Source of the DNA: a virus
IMG/VR virus record: IMGVR_UViG_3300045988_142835
Span: 1 to 41,278 of that record
Strand: one strand, 5' to 3'
DNA length: 41,278 nt
Below are positions 17,379 to 23,388 of the stretch, piece by piece; within the stretch, counting starts at the first letter, position 1; each line of letters opens with the position of its first letter. The position numbers were made by a program, and so were the translations under genes. The notes below the pieces were generated by a model. That model did no database searches. It saw only the letters and a program-made list of their open reading frames with translations, and had not been told where the DNA came from.

Positions 17379-17762
17379 TCAGATCCTATCCTCGGCGGCT
17401 TCGAGAACGTCGTCGAAATCTGAGCCAGAGTAGAAAATGTCGACAAGTTCGCCGACAACCTCGAAGAATTCCTCGTCGTCGTCGATGATCTCGGCGGTCT
17501 CGGGGAGGATCAGCACCTCGCCCAAGGTGGCGTCCACGGGGCGGTCGGGGGACTTGGGTCCCTCGATCTTGACGAGGACCGGGGATCCGGCGTCGATGCC
17601 GGATGTGGCGACGTAGGCGGCGAGTTCAGCGAGCGTCCGGCACCCGCTGACGCCCCGGCGGACTTCATCATCCGCGCCGCCCATGGGGTAGGACCACTGG
17701 TTCTCGGCGACGGTGAGGTCGGCGACGTTGCGGTCTTTGTCTTGGATCCTGTAGGCGATCAT
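17379..17762 (-). CDS. Hypothetical acidic protein A (127 aa)
   Basis: MIAYRIQDKDRNV... ATG 17762 preceded by GGAAAGGAAG. The upstream part of track ORF 17379..17864 covers the promoter/leader. Confidence 0.6.
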   Translation of the reverse strand: MIAYRIQDKDRNVADLTVAENQWSYPMGGADDEVRRGVSGCRTLAELAAYVATSGIDAGSPVLVKIEGPKSPDRPVDATLGEVLILPETAEIIDDDEEFFEVVGELVDIFYSGSDFDDVLEAAEDRI

Positions 17763-17778
17763 TTCGATCTTCCTTTCC

Positions 17779-17840
17779 GTCTTGCTGGGACCTTCCCTTG
17801 CTGACACTTCTAGTCTACAGGCTTGCAGCACACACTGCAA
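17779..17840 (-). promoter_or_regulatory. Cassette A: promoter TTGCAG-17-TAGACT plus 5' leader stem-loop
   Basis: Minus sense: -35 17840-17835, -10 17817-12, then GTC agcaa GGGA agg TCCC agcaa GAC (17805-17779). Confidence 0.6.
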
Positions 17841-17848
17841 GCCTGTAG
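17815..17848. repeat. 34-bp perfect palindrome (14-bp arms, 6-nt spacer)
   Basis: CTACAGGCTTGCAG cacaca CTGCAAGCCTGTAG. Overlaps the -35/spacer/-10 of cassette A and lies 13 nt past the stop of gene 17861..18235. Confidence 0.9.
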
Positions 17849-17860
17849 GTGTGGGGCGAG

Positions 17861-18235
17861 TCACTTATAATCGTGGAGGCGGGCGTACCCGGCCTCCACG
17901 GAGATCCCCGAAGCGCGCGAGCAGTCAGCGATCGATGCTCCACGGTGCCGGTCCACTAGCCGCCGCACGATCGCCGACCACTCCGCCGGGCAATCGACGA
18001 CGCCGCGCAGCTCGGCGACGTCGTTCTCCGAAATGCCCTCCTCGCTTCGGAGCCCGGCCACCCATTTGCCGATGGTGAGCCGGTGGACGCCGGTCGCCTC
18101 CGCGATCTCCGTCGCTGTCTTCCCGCTCTGCCACGCACGCTGCACGCGCAGCGCGAGCCTGGCTTTGGCGTCATCGGCGACTTTCTGGGCGGCCTTGTAG
18201 GACGCGGCGGCGTCCGCGAGCGCAGCATCGCTCAT
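17861..18235 (-). CDS. DNA-binding protein with two HTH motifs
   Basis: 124 aa; KTATEIAEATGVHRLTIGKWV and CSRASGISVEAGYARL. ATGA overlap with the upstream gene. Confidence 0.6.
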   Translation of the reverse strand: MSDAALADAAASYKAAQKVADDAKARLALRVQRAWQSGKTATEIAEATGVHRLTIGKWVAGLRSEEGISENDVAELRGVVDCPAEWSAIVRRLVDRHRGASIADCSRASGISVEAGYARLHDYK

Positions 18236-18633
18236 TTAATATTCTCCTTCCATTCGGCCCGGACGTTGACGCCGTGCAGCGCTAGCCCGGTCATGATCGC
18301 GGCGACGGCGGCGGAGTGCTCATAAAGCGTCTCGCCGCCGCCTTCGTCCGCAGCGTGTGCTTCGGGAGTGCGGTAGGCGTGGATGGTCACGCCATCGCAC
18401 GCTTCCTCGCCCTCTTCGAAGAGAAGTTCAAGCGTCCCGTCGATCCCGGACATTACCCGGTCGACGAACCGCCGCCACCATTTGGTGACAGACTCGGCGG
18501 CGTCGTCGGGGACGGGGACGCGCCCAGACTCCCAATCGTTGAGCGTATCCTTCGACACGCCGAGCCGGGCGGCGACGTGGCCTTTCGGGATGCCCATCGC
18601 CCGCCGCCGAAAGGCGAGCGTTGCACCGGTCAT
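18232..18633 (-). CDS. XRE-family HTH protein with unknown C-terminal domain
   Basis: 133 aa; N-terminal RRRAMGIPKGHVAARLGVSKDTLNDWESGR. SD AGAAAGGA upstream. Confidence 0.65.
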   Translation of the reverse strand: MTGATLAFRRRAMGIPKGHVAARLGVSKDTLNDWESGRVPVPDDAAESVTKWWRRFVDRVMSGIDGTLELLFEEGEEACDGVTIHAYRTPEAHAADEGGGETLYEHSAAVAAIMTGLALHGVNVRAEWKENIK

Positions 18634-18652
18634 TTTGATTCCTTTCTGTAGT

Positions 18653-18678
18653 GCGGGGGAGCCCTAGGGCTCCCCCGC
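18653..18678. terminator. Perfect GC-rich hairpin downstream of gene B
   Basis: GCGGGGGAGCCC ta GGGCTCCCCCGC. The T-rich tail is on the + strand only. Resembles the 16709 hairpin and its flank. Confidence 0.55.
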
Positions 18679-18687
18679 TTCCTTCGT

Positions 18688-19338
18688 TTACTCGGTTGCG
18701 GCGCGGATCTCGCCGATCAACCAGTTAGCGTACTTTGCGGCAAGATCAGACTTCCTCTGATCGTCGGCAAGCTCGTTCCCTTCGAGGGAATCCTGGAAAT
18801 TTTGATCGAAGTAGGGGGCGGGCTCCCCGTCCTCGCGGTAGTAGGTGGAGATGAAATAGAATCCCGCACCTTCGAAATCCTGGAAGTCGACCGACACGCC
18901 GAACCCTCCAACTTCGATTCCCCTGGCGGACCCGTCTTCGTCGGCGAAGATTTCGGTTTCCTCGATCTCGGCTTCGGGGAATTCAACTTCCACCCTTTCG
19001 TAGATATCGTCAAGAATTTCTCGGGGGAAGTCGAAGTCTTCCTGCCAGCCGAGAAGGTACTCCACGAAGTGGTCGACGATTGCCTCATCGTAGTTGTCGG
19101 ATTCGGCACTGGAGGGGATGATTTTCATTCCCTCGTAGTCGAGGGTGACGTGGCACGAGTCGTTAGGCCACGCGATTCCTGGGACGATGCGGAGGTTGCC
19201 TTCGCGGTCTTTTGTGACTTCCACGAAGCGTTGGTGGTTCGAGACCACCGTATCCCCTTCGGTTTTCGTGTCCCTATCAAGGTAGTCCTTGAGAGAAACC
19301 GCTACCTGGATTTCTTCGATGAGTTCTTTGGTTTCCAT
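18688..19338 (-). CDS. Hypothetical highly acidic protein B (216 aa)
   Basis: METKELIEEI...; hand count 54 D/E versus 17 K/R. Visibly lower GC than its neighbours. Has its own promoter and hairpin. Confidence 0.7.
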   Translation of the reverse strand: METKELIEEIQVAVSLKDYLDRDTKTEGDTVVSNHQRFVEVTKDREGNLRIVPGIAWPNDSCHVTLDYEGMKIIPSSAESDNYDEAIVDHFVEYLLGWQEDFDFPREILDDIYERVEVEFPEAEIEETEIFADEDGSARGIEVGGFGVSVDFQDFEGAGFYFISTYYREDGEPAPYFDQNFQDSLEGNELADDQRKSDLAAKYANWLIGEIRAATE

Positions 19339-19355
19339 TTGGATCAGTCCTTTCT

Positions 19356-19421
19356 GTCTTGCTGGGAGGCTTTCTCCCTTGCTGACGCCTCTAGTCTACA
19401 GGCGCGATGCACGTACGTCAA
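19356..19421 (-). promoter_or_regulatory. Cassette B: promoter TTGACG-17-TAGACT plus 5' leader stem-loop
   Basis: Minus sense: -35 19421-16, -10 19398-93, then GTC agcaa GGGAG aaagc CTCCC agcaa GAC (19386-19356). Confidence 0.65.
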
Positions 19422-19522
19422 ACCTTTGCGACAAAAAGTGGCACACGTCATGTCGTTGTGAAAAGCCCCAGCACTACCCCCACACTACCGCCAGCGCAAT
19501 CGTGTACCCGTTTTGTGCGATT

Positions 19523-19544
19523 TGGCTAAAAGAGTGGCTAAAAA
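19523..19544 (+). repeat. Arm-type site candidates, pair 1 (TGGCTAAAAG ag TGGCTAAAAA)
   Basis: Direct repeat with 12-bp periodicity. Confidence 0.6.
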
Positions 19545-19708
19545 CGACACCTTTCGCACCCATTGAAAGAGCCGAAACGTTCGAGATGCAAACCGCGAGC
19601 GTGCGCGAAAGGCGATGGGATAGGAGAGAGAACTCGCTCACCACCCTAGCGACATCGGGTTGATAACGCCATGCGATAGACTGGAACCGCGCAAACCCGC
19701 AGAATACC

Positions 19709-19730
19709 GCCAAAAGATGACGCTTTTGGC
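19709..19730. repeat. Candidate attP core: GCCAAAAG atgacg CTTTTGGC
   Basis: Perfect 8-bp inverted repeats around a 6-bp spacer, the geometry expected for tyrosine-recombinase core sites. Confidence 0.4.
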
Positions 19731-19772
19731 ATTGCGAAAAGCCGTGGTGGTACGCTGGGAACACGCCCACAA

Positions 19773-19794
19773 TGGCTAAAAGAATGGCTAAAAG
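19773..19794 (+). repeat. Arm-type site candidates, pair 2 (TGGCTAAAAG aa TGGCTAAAAG)
   Basis: Same 10-mer and spacing as pair 1, 15 nt upstream of the int start. Confidence 0.6.
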
Positions 19795-19808
19795 AAAGGA
19801 TCACGGGA

Positions 19809-21026
19809 ATGGCTCGCCCCAAATACCAGCTGCCCCACGGCGAGGGCAGCTTCTACCACCGCACAAGCGACGACCGGTGGGTCGGCGTCCTCGAAGCCGG
19901 ATGGACCGCGCGCGGCACCCGCCGCCGCATCACCGTCACCGACAAAAACAAGCAGCGCTGCTGGGACAAGCTGACCGTCAAGCGGAAGCAGCTCGCGAAG
20001 GAAGGCGCAGCGCCCGACGGCGTGCGCGCCGGAGCCACCGTCGCCTCATGGGCCACCGAATGGCTCGCACGCGGCGAGAAATCCATGAAACCGTCCACGT
20101 ACAAAGCGTACGCGGCTACCGTGCGCACCTGGATCATCCCGACGGTCGGACGCCGCCGCCTCGCCCAGCTCGGCCCGCAGGACATGCGCGCCCTCACCGG
20201 CGCGATGGACGCCGCCGGACGCTCGTCGACGTCGCAGGGGCAGGCGCAGCGGCTCCTCGCGAAAATACTCCGCGACGCGATCGTCGAGGGACACGACGTG
20301 CCCCAGCGGGCGCTCCTCGCCCCCGCCCCGAAAAACGCCGTCACCGCCCGGTGCGCGATCCCGTTCGAGGACGCCATGCGAATCCTCGACGTCGTGCGCG
20401 CCCGCCCGGACGCCTCCCGATGGGTCGCCGCCCTGTTGCAGGGGCAGCGGCAGGGCGAAACGCTCGGCCTCACATGGGAGTGCGTAGACCTTGACGCCGG
20501 GACGATCACGGTCGCCTGGCAGCTGCAAAAGCTCAAGTACACGGACCGGGAGGCGGGGGCTTTTCGCGTCCCGGCGGGCTATGAGACTCGGCAGTTGCAC
20601 GGCGCGTGGCATCTGGTCCGCCCGAAATCGAGGGCGGGCTGGCGGACGACGCCGATCGTTCCGTGGATGCGCGCCCAGCTTGAGGCGATCCGCCCGGCGG
20701 ACGCGACCGGGCTCGTGTGGCACCGGCCCGACGGTCGCCCGCTCATCCCAGAGGAGGATCGACGCGAGTGGCGGGCGATCCAGGACGCCGCCGGAGTCCA
20801 CAAGGGCGGCAGCGGCACTCCTGAGGACCCATGGGTCTACTACGTGCTCCACGAGGCGAGGCACACGACGGCGACGCTTCTCCTCGCGGCGCACGTGGAC
20901 CCTGAGGTGATCAAAGCGATTCTCGGTCACTCATCGATCGTCACCACCGCTGGGTATCAGCACGTCGACGTCGGCATGGCCCGGTCCGCGCTCGACGGGC
21001 TCGCGTCCCGGCTCGGCCTCCAATAG
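19809..21026 (+). CDS. int: Tyrosine integrase
   Basis: 405 aa; catalytic pattern R (LQGQRQGETLGL), HxxR (LHEARHTTAT), H...Y (LGHSSIVTTAGYQHV). SD GAAAGGA upstream. Confidence 0.9.
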   Translation: MARPKYQLPHGEGSFYHRTSDDRWVGVLEAGWTARGTRRRITVTDKNKQRCWDKLTVKRKQLAKEGAAPDGVRAGATVASWATEWLARGEKSMKPSTYKAYAATVRTWIIPTVGRRRLAQLGPQDMRALTGAMDAAGRSSTSQGQAQRLLAKILRDAIVEGHDVPQRALLAPAPKNAVTARCAIPFEDAMRILDVVRARPDASRWVAALLQGQRQGETLGLTWECVDLDAGTITVAWQLQKLKYTDREAGAFRVPAGYETRQLHGAWHLVRPKSRAGWRTTPIVPWMRAQLEAIRPADATGLVWHRPDGRPLIPEEDRREWRAIQDAAGVHKGGSGTPEDPWVYYVLHEARHTTATLLLAAHVDPEVIKAILGHSSIVTTAGYQHVDVGMARSALDGLASRLGLQ

Positions 21027-21063
21027 AAAAGAACCCCCTCCCGATATGGGAGGGGGCTTTTTC
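21027..21063. terminator. Bidirectional intrinsic terminator between int and gene C
   Basis: GAAAAGAA CCCCCTCCC gatat GGGAGGGGG CTTTTTC: 9-bp stem with an A-run on one side and a T-run on the other. Confidence 0.85.
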
Positions 21064-21554
21064 TACTTGAGCGAGTTCACACATTGCCTCGCCCATTGTC
21101 TACCGCCCGGGTAGACTTCCATGCGGACGCCCGGCGGGAAAAACCGGGACGATTTGATCTTGGTCGTGTGGACGCCCGCCGCGAGGTCGTCGACGTCGAT
21201 GTGGAGTTCCTGGTCGCCGCGCCGCCAGATGTGCGGCGCGAGGTCCGCGTCGACGTCGATCCCCTGCCGGTCGATTTCCGCCTCGATGAATTCGACGAGC
21301 GACTTGTAGGGCTCGTAGTCGTCGCGCCAGCCGTTCAGGTAGGCGGCGGCCTCGTCGACTCGCTCCTCGTCGGTTTTCGACGACGGCTTCCCGTCGCCAA
21401 ACTCCCACACAAGCTTGTCCGCGCCGTCGTCCCAGACGTTGACGTACCGGGACGCGACCCAGACTTGGTAGAGCCCAACATGCTCGGTGATTTGCGCCCC
21501 GGGCACGGCGTCGCGAATCTCGTCGGCGAACCATTCGGCGTCAGTCTCGATCAT
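21063..21554 (-). CDS. Hypothetical acidic protein C (163 aa)
   Basis: MIETDAEWFADEIRD...; hand count 33 D/E versus 18 K/R. ATG 21554 overlaps the stop of a 10-codon upstream ORF. The upstream part of track ORF 21063..21659 covers the leader. Confidence 0.6.
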   Translation of the reverse strand: MIETDAEWFADEIRDAVPGAQITEHVGLYQVWVASRYVNVWDDGADKLVWEFGDGKPSSKTDEERVDEAAAYLNGWRDDYEPYKSLVEFIEAEIDRQGIDVDADLAPHIWRRGDQELHIDVDDLAAGVHTTKIKSSRFFPPGVRMEVYPGGRQWARQCVNSLK

Positions 21555-21583
21555 TCTCCCGCCACCCTTGAGGTAGTTTCCAT
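21551..21583 (-). CDS. Upstream leader ORF METTSRVAGE (10 codons), coupled to gene C
   Basis: ATG 21583 lies 8 nt after GAAAGGA. Its stop TGA overlaps the gene C start as ATGA. The first 8 nt, ATGGAAAC, match the start of gene B. Confidence 0.4.
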   Translation of the reverse strand: METTSRVAGE

Positions 21584-21600
21584 TTTTGTTTTCCTTTCTT

Positions 21601-21666
21601 GTCCGTGTGGGGGACCGTCCCCCTCGCTGACGTCTATAGTCTAGTAGTGTAGGCTTCACCCCTCAA
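21601..21666 (-). promoter_or_regulatory. Cassette C: promoter TTGAGG-17-TAGACT plus 5' leader stem-loop
   Basis: Minus sense: -35 21666-61, -10 21643-38, then GTC agcga GGGGGA cgg TCCCCC acacg GAC (21631-21601). Confidence 0.6.
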
Positions 21667-21700
21667 CTCCGCGTGTGTGAACTACTACACAACTTTAGGC

Positions 21701-21768
21701 TTGACGTGGTGGTTGCGAACCCATAGACTAGAGATGTCAACACGGAGGGACAAGCCCTCCACCAAGAC
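21701..21768 (+). promoter_or_regulatory. Cassette D: promoter TTGACG-17-TAGACT plus 5' leader stem-loop
   Basis: -35 21701-06, -10 21724-29, then GTC aacac GGAGGG acaag CCCTCC accaa GAC (21736-21768). Divergent from cassette C. Confidence 0.65.
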
Positions 21769-21786
21769 CCATAGGAAGGAAGTCAA

Positions 21787-22578
21787 ATGGACTCCGCAAT
21801 CATCATCCCAGATTTCAACATCGTCTCTCCCCGCCGCGTTCCTGCGGTGCGCGGCTACTGGTTCTCCGAAAGCCAGGAAGACCTAGACGCCCGCGAAGCC
21901 CGGCTCCGCGCCGGGAACTTCGTCCACCTACACAAGCGCGGCGAGCAGCCCCGCGACCTCGAAAAGTCTCCGTACCCCAAGCCTTGGGCTTGGGAAGCAC
22001 TCAAAGCGGCGGAAGCGGCAGAAGCCGCCGCACACGAGGCCGAGCGCTGGATCTCCGACCTCGAAACAGCTGTAGGCCGCACAATCGCCGACGCCAAAGG
22101 CGTTGACCAGTCGCGGGCGGACTGGTTCACGCCCAAGATCGAAATCGATCTCAATGGTCCTTATGGGATGCAAATGGTCTGGATCAAGTCTGATCGCGGG
22201 CTGAAGGTCCGCACATCGGCTGATAGCCTGACCCTTTCTGAAGCTGTGCGCCTCACCGGGTATCTTCAGGAACGCCTGGATGGCTGGGAGCGCGAGATCC
22301 TTGGATCGTTCCCGGCGGACGCGCTCGGACTCGCGGCGTCATACGGCACCGCGCTCGGCGAGCGAGCCACCCATATCCTTCTCTACGCCGACGGGGAGTG
22401 CATTGGGCACCTCCCGGCGACCGGCACCTACGAGGAAAACCTGGCGGAGGCGCAGCGCGTCTACCGCGAGATAGAAGCCTCTTGGGCAATGGTCACGCCC
22501 AAGTACCCCCGCTCACCGTGGTCGGCGGACTCTGCCGAGTCCCCGTGGACGCCGGACACGCCAGAGTTGGCGGAGTGA
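21787..22578 (+). CDS. Hypothetical protein D (263 aa)
   Basis: SD GGAAGGAAG upstream. Central region VWIKSDRGLKV...GYLQERLDGWEREI resembles B and C. Confidence 0.65.
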   Translation: MDSAIIIPDFNIVSPRRVPAVRGYWFSESQEDLDAREARLRAGNFVHLHKRGEQPRDLEKSPYPKPWAWEALKAAEAAEAAAHEAERWISDLETAVGRTIADAKGVDQSRADWFTPKIEIDLNGPYGMQMVWIKSDRGLKVRTSADSLTLSEAVRLTGYLQERLDGWEREILGSFPADALGLAASYGTALGERATHILLYADGECIGHLPATGTYEENLAEAQRVYREIEASWAMVTPKYPRSPWSADSAESPWTPDTPELAE

Positions 22579-22678
22579 CCTACCGCCCGGGGTTGGCGTA
22601 GTCGGGATCGTTCCCCGACCCCGGGCCTATCCTCCCGTGCGACGGGCGCGCGGGAGACTGATTGAAAGGAAAACAAAA

Positions 22679-22996
22679 ATGGATTACGTGAAGAACGACG
22701 CCCAATGGGCGATGGTAACGCTCGGGATGATGATCAGGGTTGAGGGGATCGAGCCGGTCATGGAGAACCGGAAGAAGATCCCAGCGAACCTCATTAGCTG
22801 CACTGAGCGCCTTTGTGGAGTGAAGATGACTCCCGAGCGGATCGCTCAGTCCGTCTCCTACGCGACCAATCTCGCCGACGACGATCCCGTCGGCGACAAG
22901 ATGCGGGAGGAGGCAGACGCCTACTCCAAGGCGTACAACGCCCAGAGGCAAACTGACCTCCAATGGGCGGACGCCATTCGAAACGGGGCCGTCTAG
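22679..22996 (+). CDS. Hypothetical protein E (105 aa)
   Basis: MDYVKNDAQW...; ATG 22679 after GAAAGGAAAACAAAA. Shares a transcription unit with D. Confidence 0.6.
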   Translation: MDYVKNDAQWAMVTLGMMIRVEGIEPVMENRKKIPANLISCTERLCGVKMTPERIAQSVSYATNLADDDPVGDKMREEADAYSKAYNAQRQTDLQWADAIRNGAV

Positions 22997-23006
22997 CAGC
23001 AAGTTT

Positions 23007-23095
23007 GAAGCCCGCTCCTCGTGCGTGTGAGGGGCGGGCTTCTTTGCGCCCGAAGTGCGTGTTTCGGGCGGTTCAGGGTTGTTTTTTGGGGTTTT
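23007..23095 (+). terminator. Tandem hairpin terminators after gene E
   Basis: 14-bp stem 23007-20/23029-42 and 8-bp stem 23047-54/23063-70. Both have the loop GTGCGTGT and are followed by T-runs (GTTGTTTTTTGGGGTTTT). Confidence 0.7.
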
Positions 23096-23124
23096 CGCGG
23101 CGTAGAAGGGGAAGGGCGGTTGTT

Positions 23125-23373
23125 TTACGCGGTTCGCCGTTCCGCAAGTTCGAGGACGTCGACGGGCGCGAGGTCGAGTGTCCGGCAGATTGACTGGAAC
23201 TCGCCGATGGTGACGGGCGATTCCATGGCGAGGATCTTGCGGAGGCGTCCGCGTGTGATCCCCGCGTAGTCGGCGAGTGAGCGCACGCTCATGCTGACGG
23301 CGCTCATGCGCCGCGTGACTTGTCCAACAATATCTTCCTCGACGGAGGAAGTTTCCAGCCGCTTCGTTCCCAT
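23125..23373 (-). CDS. CI-like immunity repressor candidate (XRE HTH, 82 aa)
   Basis: SVRSLADYAGITRGRLRKIL HTH; divergent from a cro-like gene across a 128-bp operator region. Confidence 0.65.
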   Translation of the reverse strand: MGTKRLETSSVEEDIVGQVTRRMSAVSMSVRSLADYAGITRGRLRKILAMESPVTIGEFQSICRTLDLAPVDVLELAERRTA

Positions 23374-23388
23374 ACCCTCAGTGAATCA

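Larger units (their letters stand above)
19440..19800. other. attP-like non-coding region
   Basis: About 470 bp without a credible ORF upstream of int, with lower GC. Two pairs of TGGCTAAAA direct repeats flank an 8-6-8 inverted repeat. Confidence 0.6.

Noticed and set aside
19233-19256. tRNA T-arm-like sequence GGTGG-TTCGAGA-CCACC
   Set aside because: No complementary 5' acceptor strand or D/anticodon arms occur at the required distances. It lies antisense inside gene B, so it was judged coincidental. No tRNA gene was found anywhere in the window.
19660-19682. TAGACT box at 19677 as an int promoter
   Set aside because: The only -35-like hexamer (TTGATA, 19660-65) is 11 nt away, too close for a standard promoter. 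The conserved leader stem-loop of the four cassettes is absent.
19523-19794. TGGCTAAAA repeats as a CRISPR-like or tandem-repeat array
   Set aside because: There are only four 10-bp copies in two pairs about 240 bp apart, with no spacer-repeat regularity. The position next to int fits recombinase arm sites instead.
19772-20494. 240-aa Arg-rich ORF starting in the TGGCTAAAAG repeats and overlapping int in another frame
   Set aside because: Its translation is extremely Arg/Pro-rich (MAKRMAKRKDHG...RRPRSR). Its start is created by the arm-type repeats. The int frame carries the full tyrosine-recombinase motif set.
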